Counted from the stretch's first letter, positions 25,101 to 33,219 are shown. The stretch: 33,331 bases of DNA from Candidatus Limiplasma sp. (GCA_036759285.1 DAIOUZ010000005.1:1-33331), one strand, 5' to 3'. Translations and numbers: made by a program. Notes: generated by a model from the letters alone, not told the origin.

Positions 25101-26859
25101 CAATCTTTGCTTTTAGTACCTCGGCTTTCTCCTTGTACACTCCCTCTATTTTATCGAGCTTTTCAGCGGTTTTTCTGTATTCTCTATCGCTTAGTCCTCC
25201 AAGAAGTGCATCGAAGGTATATCGCCCTTCTGATATTCCACTATAGGCTCCATGAGATTGTTTAATTCTGTCCTCAATTTGACGCCAGGCAGAAAAAACG
25301 GATTCAACCTTTTCGGCTTCGGATGCTTCTGATTCGATGAGAGAATCCATCATGCTCTTTATAGACTCTGGAATTTCATCGCCTTTTTCTAACAAGCCAA
25401 GATACCTGTCGTATATGGAAGACCATAAGTCAACCATATCAGCATTGGCACTCTCCATTTTATCTCTGGCATCAATGAGGTCTTCAACTGCATCATCGAA
25501 GTCTTCCCGCTTGCTGAATTGTTTCACAGCAATTGCAGCAAGTTGCTTCTTGTTGTAATCTTCGAGACGCTCATTGAGTTTTTCAAAGGCTGTTGCCTCG
25601 TCATCTATATCCTTTACAATATCTGGGTTCACTTGACGCAATTGCTCAAGGATTTTCTTTCGCTCTTCTTCTTGGAGATTTGCATCTTTGAGCTTACCGA
25701 TGAGCATATTGGTTTGAGTGTACTCATGGCGCATCTCCTTGGTTGAATCAATAATCGCCTGTTCCTCTTCTCGTTTGTGTTTCACAAGTTTTGCAATGGC
25801 AACCGTGGCGGCAACAATGGCAGAAGCCATGAATATATATGGATTGCTCATTGCTGAGAGATTGAATGCTTGTTGTGCTGCTCTTAGCAATCCGAGTTCT
25901 TTGCGGAACATCATGACGAGGCGGATGTTGTCAGCGAAAGTGCTTGCCTTCATGACCAGGTTGGTTGCTATTACTGCCGCCTTGTATGATCCATATCCAG
26001 CAATCAGCACGGCCAAAGCATCGCCAATCTTTTCGTAATTGCGCACAATATCTGTCGTATGCTGCACAACACCAGAAACCGAATCCTGCATCTTCTCGCC
26101 GAGGTCATTAAGCATATCATCGAAAGCACCTTTTAGGTTTGAAATGCTTCCTGTGAGACCTTTTGATTGCTCCTCTAACATGCCGTTGAATTTTCCTCCT
26201 TCGCTGGTGGCGTCGATAAAGGCTTGTGTTACCATTTCTGCAGAAATAGCCCCTTTACTCATTTCCTCTTTCAAGTCTGCAATGCTTTTGCCTGTCCTCT
26301 CACTGATTTCAGCAAGCGGGTTGAATCCTGCGTTAATCATCTGCAGAAGGTCTTGTCCCATGAGCTTCCCTGTTGATGACATCTGGGCGAATGCCAAGGT
26401 AAGCGATTGGAATTTTCCCGCATCACCCATCGATATGTCACCAATAGCCTTTAATGTCGGCATAACTTTTTCAGCGGCCACGTTGAAAGATAGTAGTGTC
26501 TTTGCACCTTTGGCAAGGTCGCTTATCATCATCGGTGTCTTGACTGCGAACTCTCGTATTTCTCCAAGCATTTCCGCTGCCTTTTCCTTATTGCCGAGCA
26601 AGGTGTTGAACGATATTTCAAGGCTCTCGATTTCCGAACGAACTTTGATGATGTTTCTTGTGAAATCGCTTAGGGCTTTTACGGAGAATGTAGCGGCAAT
26701 GGTCTTACCGACTCTCCCGAGTGCAGCATCGATTGCCTTTCCCGCGTTCTCACCCTCGTTGCCGATGCTACGCAAGAGCCGTCTGCTCTCGTCCGCGTCA
26801 TTCTTCAGTTGGGAGTTGTCAATACCGACCCCATACCATATTTTTCCTTGTTCTTCCAT
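22156..26859 (-). CDS. Tail tape measure protein (1567 aa)
   Basis: The largest ORF, and coiled-coil rich. The core IGDISMGDAGKFQSLTLAFAQMSSTGKLMGQDLLQMINAGFNPL is TP901-type TMP-like. It has internal hydrophobic segments. Confidence 0.9.
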   Translation of the reverse strand: MEEQGKIWYGVGIDNSQLKNDADESRRLLRSIGNEGENAGKAIDAALGRVGKTIAATFSVKALSDFTRNIIKVRSEIESLEISFNTLLGNKEKAAEMLGEIREFAVKTPMMISDLAKGAKTLLSFNVAAEKVMPTLKAIGDISMGDAGKFQSLTLAFAQMSSTGKLMGQDLLQMINAGFNPLAEISERTGKSIADLKEEMSKGAISAEMVTQAFIDATSEGGKFNGMLEEQSKGLTGSISNLKGAFDDMLNDLGEKMQDSVSGVVQHTTDIVRNYEKIGDALAVLIAGYGSYKAAVIATNLVMKASTFADNIRLVMMFRKELGLLRAAQQAFNLSAMSNPYIFMASAIVAATVAIAKLVKHKREEEQAIIDSTKEMRHEYTQTNMLIGKLKDANLQEEERKKILEQLRQVNPDIVKDIDDEATAFEKLNERLEDYNKKQLAAIAVKQFSKREDFDDAVEDLIDARDKMESANADMVDLWSSIYDRYLGLLEKGDEIPESIKSMMDSLIESEASEAEKVESVFSAWRQIEDRIKQSHGAYSGISEGRYTFDALLGGLSDREYRKTAEKLDKIEGVYKEKAEVLKAKIEQIALSVYTTDEAARQQFIDSQMAIYFPESNKQTPPPPVENQEEKRNKAYWEAFKKKKEDELAALTDAELATQKAAEIRKQIAQAERKIAAYSVSYKDNGRLADETAERRAKMEDYVQARIKEEQAAEFEIRQAAINAQKEGFDRQIKQAQLDYDRLIAANEERQRQMVERMRDEKLNEWMIAHPKANKEQQLAFRASITYDDLTDSQKAMLAEYGRLAENALAQANKKALDVMLADYQTYDQKRLRMEMEFGNTSKAIAKGLADERAKLLDKAFSSYVNITADGSEAQKEISELLEKWKEEVVSIGIDADEESISDLKERLEEIRDKSIELGVDTSGVDFGKLLESLELIQGKPVEVEIDVDDQDAVNRIHTILSQLEIFQHTKFRAELEVDLDEIDDTAYANVEERMAAINKAYDSYIGKLRKAGASEAEINSALAEQVNAAGELATLYAKQAEIEEAISHAIQKGEDGTDTYKELLKTLTEIIKQIQDIEKRTKDATKPARTLADIWKEGLERSKEYLENLDYSKIADDLGELASKIKDVGIAAGKSDLSNFAEGLEEISSLAGTVIQGFESGGWIGALINAVGWVASNLLELAAQDEAVGKAVENSYLATALKKINDMMQSVTESDKWGAFFGSDSLGDFNSTLSALTEIKDNIRLLNMSDNLRDYANLKKYPQIHAANIDPSDRMMTFNDVGAFWNWFGIEDDVASLTELVEKMGYNADDLYDKYGNLDAEVLQQILDTYTELNDEDRAWIEAAIELSNQYADAMQQIADYMSGIFGQIADSLADQMIDAFIESGQAAVDFGNVVSDVAKKMAKDLIKNLMYDRVFKALEESIMYTIDTEYGGVLDADSAAAVLLLVQEALGKIDEEIPYYQQILESLAPYFEDPRVGDTATGIAQASQDSVDELNGRMTAVQSHTYSISENTILIQQNTANIMQSVMHIEQDINEMGSRINNMETMTTQMRNTLDDFRLNGIRIR

Positions 26860-26873
26860 AATGATTGTGGGAT

Positions 26874-27092
26874 TTACTTCATTTCAGAAATCAGTGCCAT
26901 GAGTCTTTCGTTGTTCCTCGGGTCATCGGCGCTTATGGTTTCTTCGCCGTTGCCTTTGTCACCTTTGCCTTTGCCGTCTTTCTTCTTGTGGTAAGAGGGC
27001 AATGTGGCACCGTACATGATGAGATTGGCATACGACATCTCATATAACACATACTCTATCGACAACCCGAAAGCCTTGGCCGTTCCCGACAC
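26874..27092 (-). CDS. Distal part of the tail assembly chaperone -1 frame (T portion of G/GT)
   Basis: The ORF-track start is GTG, overlapping the G stop. This frame stays open upstream as far as the slippery site at 27173-27179. Confidence 0.55.
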   Translation of the reverse strand: MSGTAKAFGLSIEYVLYEMSYANLIMYGATLPSYHKKKDGKGKGDKGNGEETISADDPRNNERLMALISEMK

Positions 27093-27637
27093 TACTGCCC
27101 AGATGCTATCGCTTCGGTCCCCACTTTCGTCGGCTGGATCATGTTTATCCCTGCGAGGAAAGTGGTAAGCGCGAAAAAATCCGACACCTGCATCTTGCGG
27201 AGCAACAATGCAACAAGAGTATGCAACTCTTTCGGCGAAATGTCCATGAGAAGTTTTTCGACAAGTTCGGCCTTACGGTCAATCACCTTTTCAACCTCAA
27301 CTTCCTCATAGGTCTTGTAAAGGCCGAAGAAACGCTGTTTCTCGCGCTTCTCAACCGTTTTCACCGTTTCTTTGAGGTGACGTGCGCCCAGGATGAGGAT
27401 GGCCGCTATTTCGCCGTCAAGCGGTCCGAAATCCTTGGCGTAATGTAGCGTCTCCTCGACAATCCTTGAATCATCCATTGTCACTTTCGGAAACCGTGAC
27501 ACTGCCTCAGATGCCAATATCATCGTCGCCGTGCTGGGTGGTGCTATCGGGTAAGTTTGTCCACCAACATTCACCTCGTCAAGTTGTTGGAGAATGGTTT
27601 CTGCCACTTTCTTTTCTGTTGTCTTCTTTTTTTCCAT
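27092..27637 (-). CDS. Tail assembly chaperone (gpG-like)
   Basis: Called on position between the tail tube gene and the tape measure, and on the slippery heptamer near its 3' end. Confidence 0.6.
   Translation of the reverse strand: MEKKKTTEKKVAETILQQLDEVNVGGQTYPIAPPSTATMILASEAVSRFPKVTMDDSRIVEETLHYAKDFGPLDGEIAAILILGARHLKETVKTVEKREKQRFFGLYKTYEEVEVEKVIDRKAELVEKLLMDISPKELHTLVALLLRKMQVSDFFALTTFLAGINMIQPTKVGTEAIASGQ
27173..27179 (-). promoter_or_regulatory. -1 programmed frameshift slippery heptamer T_TTT_TTC
   Basis: In the G frame the codons are GAT TTT TTC (SDFFA). The -1 frame has no stop from here to 26874. Confidence 0.55.
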
Positions 27638-27671
27638 TGTCGGTGTTGTTTTAGGGAAGTCCCGTTGTTTG

Positions 27672-27776
27672 TGTCAGAAGGCGGACTCGAACCGCCGACT
27701 CTCGTACTGACTTTTATGGTGCGCTATTGCCAGTAATCCATTACGCACCACGCTCTACCAACTGAGCTACACTGAC
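27672..27776 (-). tRNA. tRNA-like gene (105 nt) with canonical acceptor, D-arm and T-arm but a grossly expanded anticodon/variable region
   Basis: The minus strand reads GTCAGTG-TA-GCTC-AGTTGGTA-GAGC-G-[54 nt]-GGCGG-TTCGAGT-CCGCC-TTCTGAC-A. The 54-nt middle forms a 7-bp stem TGGTGCG/CGCACCA with a 20-nt loop plus a 20-nt tail. No 5-bp/7-nt anticodon arm exists at any position. Confidence 0.45.
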
Positions 27777-27823
27777 AACCATCTAATTAAATACAAACAG
27801 TTTATTTTGGTCACTGACCAGTG

Positions 27824-28291
27824 TTAGCCTTGACCAAGTTGACCACCGCCACTAATCACCTGATACTTCACGGTGTTGCCTCTTGCAGGCTTCAGGCAAT
27901 CGACAACAACATGGATGAGGATGCCGTCCTCGGTGTTGTACTTGTCTTCGATGCTCACAATGGAGTTGTCGATTTGGATGCCGATGCAAGTCGGGTCCTC
28001 GGGAGTGACACGGAAGGCATGATTTCCAGCAACAATACCGTCGTCATGTTCGAAATGAGGAGTTGTGTTCTTCTTGTAGAACAAATCGAACTCCAGCGTA
28101 TAGGTGTTCTTCGCCTTACGGCGGTCAACCACGCCTCCGCCTTCTTCTTTTGCTTCCTTTTTCTCACCTGCATTGGTGGTCAATTGCGTGGAGTTTTCCT
28201 TCGGCGTTTCAAGTGCTTTCCAGTTTTCTCCAGGAGCACCGTTGGTTGATGGCACGGTTTCAATAGTGCATTTTCCCCAAGAAATATTCAT
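27824..28291 (-). CDS. Major tail tube protein candidate (155 aa)
   Basis: Called by synteny: it follows the terminator-like protein and precedes the chaperones and tape measure. Confidence 0.5.
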   Translation of the reverse strand: MNISWGKCTIETVPSTNGAPGENWKALETPKENSTQLTTNAGEKKEAKEEGGGVVDRRKAKNTYTLEFDLFYKKNTTPHFEHDDGIVAGNHAFRVTPEDPTCIGIQIDNSIVSIEDKYNTEDGILIHVVVDCLKPARGNTVKYQVISGGGQLGQG

Positions 28292-28345
28292 AACGATTGA
28301 TTTTAAGTGTTATACGATTTGTTTGTAAAATGAATAGGTTGTGTC

Positions 28346-28756
28346 TCAACTACCGAAATACTTGTAATACAGCATAGCAACGATGAAGTGCTGTTCGATG
28401 TCGGGTGCTTCCTCCGTCGAGACAGTGGCCTGCAGCCTGAACTTATAGCACGAGCCATTTGTGTTGAGGCTCTCGGCGAAGTCGGTCATGGCGCGTTCTA
28501 TCTCTTCGCACCTTCTGCCGTCCTCGACCATAACGCCATTGAACTCAAAATCGGGAACATAGGCGTGTATGGTAACCACTCCCTCCTCAATCTGGTTCGG
28601 GAAACCAGTCGTGAGCATCACCACTATGTCCTCCTTGCGGCTGTCGCGAGGACGGTAGCCCTTGCGATACACATCACCGTTCACAGTATGGGCAATGGAG
28701 TGGGCTTTAACCATTTTCATAATGTCGCCTACTATTTCCTTTTCTGTCTTTGCCAT
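28346..28756 (-). CDS. Tail terminator / neck protein candidate (136 aa)
   Basis: Called by synteny only. Confidence 0.4.
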   Translation of the reverse strand: MAKTEKEIVGDIMKMVKAHSIAHTVNGDVYRKGYRPRDSRKEDIVVMLTTGFPNQIEEGVVTIHAYVPDFEFNGVMVEDGRRCEEIERAMTDFAESLNTNGSCYKFRLQATVSTEEAPDIEQHFIVAMLYYKYFGS

Positions 28757-28757
28757 G

Positions 28758-29255
28758 CTAATTTACTTTCAATTTCAGTTTGTTGATTAGATTTTTCACG
28801 GCTGAATCACCGTATAAAGTCGCACTGTCAATGACATCATAACCCAATTTCTTCACATACTTGGCATAGTCCATTCCTGCTACAAACACAAGCACGATGC
28901 CGCTCCCATCGAAAATACTGACAGACACTTCTTTGGCGAATTTGATCCCCTCGTTGTGGCCTTCCTCTCCGTCTTTGACAACCTCAAAATCCGAATTCTT
29001 GACCAATTTGCCGTCAACGGACACGGCATATCCCATGCTGCTGCGCAGGTTTCCAGTCTGGTCCTTGAAAGTGCCAGCCTTGTTGGTATCTCGTGCAATA
29101 TTCAGCATTTCCTCACCGATGATGAGGAACTCTCGGATGATGGCCTTGTCGATTTGACGGATTCTCTTTTCGAGATAGGCGTCAACCTGTGCCTGCGGTG
29201 TCTTCTGATAGATAGGCATCTTCGTGAATCTTATACGGTTATTCTTGTCTGACAC
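28758..29255 (-). CDS. HK97 gp10-like tail completion protein
   Basis: FKDQTGNLRSSMGY resembles the gp10-family TGxLRxS motif. Position in the neck module supports the call. Confidence 0.5.
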   Translation of the reverse strand: MSDKNNRIRFTKMPIYQKTPQAQVDAYLEKRIRQIDKAIIREFLIIGEEMLNIARDTNKAGTFKDQTGNLRSSMGYAVSVDGKLVKNSDFEVVKDGEEGHNEGIKFAKEVSVSIFDGSGIVLVFVAGMDYAKYVKKLGYDVIDSATLYGDSAVKNLINKLKLKVN

Positions 29256-29548
29256 ACAGCTTGCAACGGTTCAGACGATATGATTTGGAACTCACCAACC
29301 TCATGGCCATCGCCATCCTTCAGGCGTATACGCTCGGAAGTGACGGATTGCAACTCTATCAGGATGATGTATGCCCTCAACGTTGCATGTTCGCCGTTCA
29401 CTCGGCCTTGCGCATTGTACCTGTCGGGATAGTATTGGCAAGGAATCGGGTCGCCCCATCTTCTTACAGGAGCGACGGGATAGCCGTTCTCGTCCAAACC
29501 GCCACCCGCCGTTTCCTGCAATTCTATCGTCCCGTTTTCGATGATCAT
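29231..29548 (-). CDS. Head closure / head-tail adaptor candidate (105 aa)
   Basis: Called by synteny and size. Confidence 0.4.
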   Translation of the reverse strand: MIIENGTIELQETAGGGLDENGYPVAPVRRWGDPIPCQYYPDRYNAQGRVNGEHATLRAYIILIELQSVTSERIRLKDGDGHEVGEFQIISSEPLQAVCQTRITV

Positions 29549-29877
29549 AGCCTTGACCCTTTATATCCATAGGCTGGTTTCAACACTTTCATTTCCTCTT
29601 CTTCGTACATATCGTAGATGGCATTCGCCCGCTGCCGAAACAGAAGGCGCTGCTGGTCGGTGAAAGAGTAGTTTTGGCCGCCCTGAGACACATTGGGAGC
29701 AAGCGACAGCCACATAAGGAGGTCTGCCTTGGCAAGCATGTAGTTCGTGCTTTTGAGGCTATCCTGAGTGACAGTCGAATTCAGCGTAAGATTGCGCTTT
29801 ACCGAAATCTCCTCGATGGTCTTTTGCGGGATAGGGTAGGAACTGATGCTTTTCAATGATTCAAGTACCGTTGCCAT
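29545..29877 (-). CDS. Head-tail connector (gp6-like) candidate (110 aa)
   Basis: Called by synteny, immediately after the major capsid gene. It has a 4-nt overlap with the next gene. Confidence 0.4.
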   Translation of the reverse strand: MATVLESLKSISSYPIPQKTIEEISVKRNLTLNSTVTQDSLKSTNYMLAKADLLMWLSLAPNVSQGGQNYSFTDQQRLLFRQRANAIYDMYEEEEMKVLKPAYGYKGSRL

Positions 29878-29897
29878 GATTCTGCCGTTTTAGAGGA

Positions 29898-30992
29898 TTA
29901 CGACCAGGCGTTGCCGTCGGTCTTCACATAGACATTGCGATATGCAGTGTCGAAAACAGGAACAGCGTCAGCCTCGCCGATAGTCACCTCGCTCTTAGGT
30001 TCAATCGTACCATACTTCTTAACGACAGTGTGGGCACGCTCGACACGGATGATGGAGTCGTTGTTTTCGGCAAGGATGTCGTACTGGGTCGAGCCGAGAA
30101 TGGCTGTCTCCGAGAGGATCATGCGGTCATCAGCAAACGGGTTGCCGCTGGTCTGGCTGCCGTCCGTGAACTCGCGGGTGATGTTTTGGTCAATCACGAT
30201 GAGTTGGAGGCCGTTCAGCCAAGCCTGCTTGGCAAGCATGGTGTTCACCTGATTGAGGTCAGGTGTCTCGGCCATGCCCACGGCGTTCTGCATGTAGGAG
30301 GCGCACTTCTTGATAATCTGCTCGGACGAGCAAATTTTGTAGAAGGTGTTCAGGTTGACGAAGCCCCATTTCGGGTTCATGCCATCGCCCTTGGCAGTCT
30401 TGATGATGCTGGCAAGATCGCCGATGATATCGGCACTGTTGGCAGCTCCCCAGTTGGTGCCAGTATGCTTCTTCTGCACTTCCTCGTTGACCTGATAATC
30501 AAGGTCGAACTCGTTGGCGAAGGTGGCATTGTTCGTTGTCGTGAACGAAAGTTTTCCAGCATTGGAGGCCAAAGCCCAGGCAATGTACTCCAACTCGGAT
30601 TGCACGCCGATGAAACAGAAGTCCACATCATCGCCCCAGAAGCGCACTAATTGGGCTGCGTCACTGTCCTGAGCCATAGCCAATGCGGTCTGATAGTCCT
30701 TGATTTCGGAACGCTTCATGTCGCGGCTGATGCTGATGAACGGGATGTCACCACGTGCCGATTCGAAGATGGGGCGCTTCTTCCTGATGATCGTACCGTT
30801 GTCGGTGTGGATGTCAGCGGCGACGTGCATTTTCTGCAGTTGGTTCGTGAGGGTCTTCCATTCGAAACCAGTCTTTCTCACGACTGGGAAGTGCCTTCCA
30901 AAGAGGAAGGGGGTCACGTCCACCGAATTCACGCGGGCTTGCACCATTTGTGCGTCAAGCCCTTGGATAAGAGTGTTTACTACTGTAGCCAT
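29898..30992 (-). CDS. Major capsid protein (364 aa, lambda gpE-like / HK97 fold)
   Basis: Called on size, on position after the scaffold and decoration genes, and on an N-terminal region reminiscent of the capsid protein E family. Confidence 0.7.
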   Translation of the reverse strand: MATVVNTLIQGLDAQMVQARVNSVDVTPFLFGRHFPVVRKTGFEWKTLTNQLQKMHVAADIHTDNGTIIRKKRPIFESARGDIPFISISRDMKRSEIKDYQTALAMAQDSDAAQLVRFWGDDVDFCFIGVQSELEYIAWALASNAGKLSFTTTNNATFANEFDLDYQVNEEVQKKHTGTNWGAANSADIIGDLASIIKTAKGDGMNPKWGFVNLNTFYKICSSEQIIKKCASYMQNAVGMAETPDLNQVNTMLAKQAWLNGLQLIVIDQNITREFTDGSQTSGNPFADDRMILSETAILGSTQYDILAENNDSIIRVERAHTVVKKYGTIEPKSEVTIGEADAVPVFDTAYRNVYVKTDGNAWS

Positions 30993-31005
30993 TGTTAGTC
31001 AGTTT

Positions 31006-31584
31006 TTAGTCATAGTTGATGATTCCCTTCAACTTGTTGGCGATGAGGTCAGGAAGGGCATTGCCCTTGGTGACGGCCATCACCCAAGCATCGGTGTCAA
31101 TGTTGGAATTCACTTCCACCAGCCTACCGGTGCCAACGATGGCAAACGGCTCGTATTTCAGTTTGGAGCCACTTGCACCTGCGGCCTTGGCTTGGAAGAT
31201 ATAAGAAGTGTTCGCAGTCAATGCCACGGCGAGTGTGGTACCTACCGTGATAATGTCATAACCGCTGTTGGAAGCATCGATTGCGGTGATGGCGTATGCC
31301 TTGCCGTTCTCGACGGCGCAAACGATGTCACCGACCTTGAAGTTGTGACCCTTGTGGACCCTAATGGCCGTGTCAGCATTGGTTGCGTTGGCATACACCT
31401 TTGCAAACTTGACGACATGGCTCATGCCATTGGTGTCGGGCGCACTCAGAGGCGTACCCTCCTTGATGTAGTCTTGGGTCAGTTCGGCGGTGACGATGGA
31501 GACACCACCACGGATATCAGCCACGCGGTGCATGACGACTCTCACGGTGGAAGTGTCCTTCGATTTTCTTACTGTCATTCCCAT
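31006..31584 (-). CDS. Head decoration protein candidate
   Basis: It lies between the scaffold and capsid genes. HKGHNFKVGDIVCAVENGKAYAI resembles DUF2190-type decoration proteins. The ORF-track start 31611 is TTG; the ATG at 31584 (MGMTVRK) is more likely. Confidence 0.4.
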   Translation of the reverse strand: MGMTVRKSKDTSTVRVVMHRVADIRGGVSIVTAELTQDYIKEGTPLSAPDTNGMSHVVKFAKVYANATNADTAIRVHKGHNFKVGDIVCAVENGKAYAITAIDASNSGYDIITVGTTLAVALTANTSYIFQAKAAGASGSKLKYEPFAIVGTGRLVEVNSNIDTDAWVMAVTKGNALPDLIANKLKGIINYD

Positions 31585-31611
31585 GATGATAAGTTTTTGA
31601 TTGTTGAACAA

Positions 31612-32286
31612 TTAGAAAGGCTGTCCCTCAGCAGGTGCCCCTGTGCGATTGGTAATCGCCTTAAGTTGCGCCTCGGTCAGCGTCTTTGGTGTTTGCTGCC
31701 CACCCACAGGCGGCATTCCGAAAACAGCACCTTTCTTGCCTGCATCCTTGACGATGCCTTCCACTTCAAGTGTTACATCATTCAAAAGGTTGTTGAACTC
31801 ATCGTCTTTCAGCCTGTCAACCGAAATGCGGTCATAACCTTTGCGCAGGTTTTCAGGCAGTCTTTGGATGATTTCCGAAAGTTTCTGTTTTCTCTCGGCG
31901 GTCACGCGGTCGCCGTCCATTGCATTGAGACGATCCATGACGGCTTTGTTGCTGTCAATAAGAGCCTTTGCCCAATCAGGCATGTCCTCTGTCTTTTGCG
32001 GTGGCGGCGGTGATGGCGGTGTCTGCTGCTGTTGTGTGGGTTTGCCGTCTTTCAGCCCATGCTTCGTCTCGTAGTTCTGAATGGCGGTTCTTTGCGCCTC
32101 TGTCGCACGGCTGTCGCCATACGATTCAAGCACTTGTTGGAAGGTCACTCCCTCGACTGCGGTATTGGCCTCCTCCTCGGTGGTGACAGTCTTGGCCAAC
32201 TTGGTGGCAATCCTGTCGATGATTGCGTCGCTGACCCCCTGAAACTTGGCTTTCAGCAACTGAATGATGATTTCTTTGATATTCAT
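31612..32286 (-). CDS. Capsid scaffolding protein candidate
   Basis: Helical and charged, with a Gln/Pro linker (QQQQTPPSPPPPQ). It is the first gene of the late operon. The ORF-track start 32325 is TTG and lies upstream of the candidate promoter box; the ATG at 32286 (MNIKEII) is preferred. Confidence 0.5.
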   Translation of the reverse strand: MNIKEIIIQLLKAKFQGVSDAIIDRIATKLAKTVTTEEEANTAVEGVTFQQVLESYGDSRATEAQRTAIQNYETKHGLKDGKPTQQQQTPPSPPPPQKTEDMPDWAKALIDSNKAVMDRLNAMDGDRVTAERKQKLSEIIQRLPENLRKGYDRISVDRLKDDEFNNLLNDVTLEVEGIVKDAGKKGAVFGMPPVGGQQTPKTLTEAQLKAITNRTGAPAEGQPF

Positions 32287-32312
32287 AAATAAACTAATTA
32301 GGTTATCAGCGG

Positions 32313-32320
32313 CAAAAGTA
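32313..32320 (-). promoter_or_regulatory. Candidate -7 box TACTTTTG for the late structural operon
   Basis: The plus strand reads caaaagta. It lies 27 nt upstream of the ATG at 32286. Confidence 0.35.
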
Positions 32321-32486
32321 TTCAATTATTTCCAAATGATTACAATAAAAACATTATTATTTTATAAGTTATTGATAAATAGATATATAAATTCTTTCAA
32401 GTTGATTTTCAATTTAATAAAGCCGATTTTAATAAATAAATAAAAAAATTCACGAAAAAGTTTGTTTTTATGTAAAATACTTCACT

Positions 32487-32494
32487 TATATTTG
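32487..32494 (+). promoter_or_regulatory. Candidate -7 box TATATTTG for the rightward small-gene operon
   Basis: TAnnTTTG match 33 nt upstream of the ATG at 32527. It is followed by GCAGC and the 14-mer TGATTATATTATAA. Confidence 0.35.
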
Positions 32495-32499
32495 CAGCG

Positions 32500-32513
32500 T
32501 GATTATATTATAA
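32500..32513. repeat. Second copy of the 14-mer TGATTATATTATAA (operator-like)
   Basis: Identical to 12580-12593. Confidence 0.7.
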
Positions 32514-32526
32514 ACACTTTTTCAGT

Positions 32527-32751
32527 ATGAGATACACGAGCAAACAGATCAACAGAGACTTCCGCATCAAGGTAAACGGAATCGACAATGAAGGTAATAA
32601 GTTGAACACTCTCGTTGGTGTCAGCGGCATCATCAACCTCATCGGCGAGGATTTCCTGAACAAGTTCCTGCAACGCGCTTACGACGCTATGGATGATATC
32701 TGCGTATGCAAGCTCCGCAGAGGTTTGAAAGTAACATTCTATTCACGGTAA
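32527..32751 (+). CDS. Hypothetical protein (74 aa)
   Basis: Clean ORF after the promoter-like box. No motif recognised. Confidence 0.5.
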   Translation: MRYTSKQINRDFRIKVNGIDNEGNKLNTLVGVSGIINLIGEDFLNKFLQRAYDAMDDICVCKLRRGLKVTFYSR

Positions 32752-32771
32752 AAAAAGAAAGGAAAGGAAAG

Positions 32772-32981
32772 ATGAACTGGCTTCAACAAATTATCCAAAA
32801 CATCTTGAACGGTGAAACAATCACCCTCAAGAAAGAAAACTTTATTGCTGAGGTATGCTATCAGAACGGACACTTCAATATCAAAGTGAAAAAATTTAGG
32901 TATTGGGTAATCAGAGAATTAACCTATAAAACCATGGAAGGTGTAGGTTACTACCTAACTAACAATGGATACAAAAATTGA
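32772..32981 (+). CDS. Hypothetical protein (69 aa from ATG 32772)
   Basis: The internal ATG is preceded by the purine-rich leader AAAAAAGAAAGGAAAGGAAAG. The ORF-track start 32706 overlaps the previous gene. Confidence 0.5.
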   Translation: MNWLQQIIQNILNGETITLKKENFIAEVCYQNGHFNIKVKKFRYWVIRELTYKTMEGVGYYLTNNGYKN

Positions 32982-33009
32982 AAACTCAAAAAAAGAAAGG
33001 AAAATAACT

Positions 33010-33219
33010 ATGAAAACTCTTGACCAGGCATTGAGAATCATCGAAGGCAGTAAGCAATTCGACTTCGTGGAAGGACAGAACGGCTGCACCATTTTGGAAA
33101 TAACCAACTATTTCACAGGGGAAAGGCTTCGCTTGGATTTGGCTTACATCGATGACGAAATCCTCGATTCATTACAAGTTGAGGAAACAGAAGAAGTAGA
33201 GGAGGAATTTGAGCCATGA
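33010..33219 (+). CDS. Hypothetical acidic protein (69 aa from ATG 33010)
   Basis: The ATG is preceded by AAAAAAAGAAAGGAAAATAACT. The ORF-track start 32965 overlaps the previous gene. Confidence 0.5.
   Translation: MKTLDQALRIIEGSKQFDFVEGQNGCTILEITNYFTGERLRLDLAYIDDEILDSLQVEETEEVEEEFEP

Noticed and set aside
27810-27822. 13-bp palindrome TGGTCACTGACCA just after the tail tube gene, considered as a terminator.
   Set aside because: It would give only a 4-bp stem with a usable loop, and no T-tract follows on the coding strand.
30700-32013. Long 437-aa plus-strand ORF. Similar long plus-strand ORFs are 26039..26902, 2347..3201 and 30030..30650.
   Set aside because: They run antisense across several well-supported minus-strand genes (capsid, decoration, scaffold; tape measure; nuclease). 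They have low-complexity, Cys/Arg/His/Val-rich composition with no recognisable motifs.
32751-33009. Repeated purine-rich 15-mer AAAAAAGAAAGGAAA (32751-32765 and 32989-33003) upstream of two small genes.
   Set aside because: It is most simply a repeated ribosome-binding or leader sequence. It is low-complexity A/G-rich, and the downstream proteins are not paralogous.
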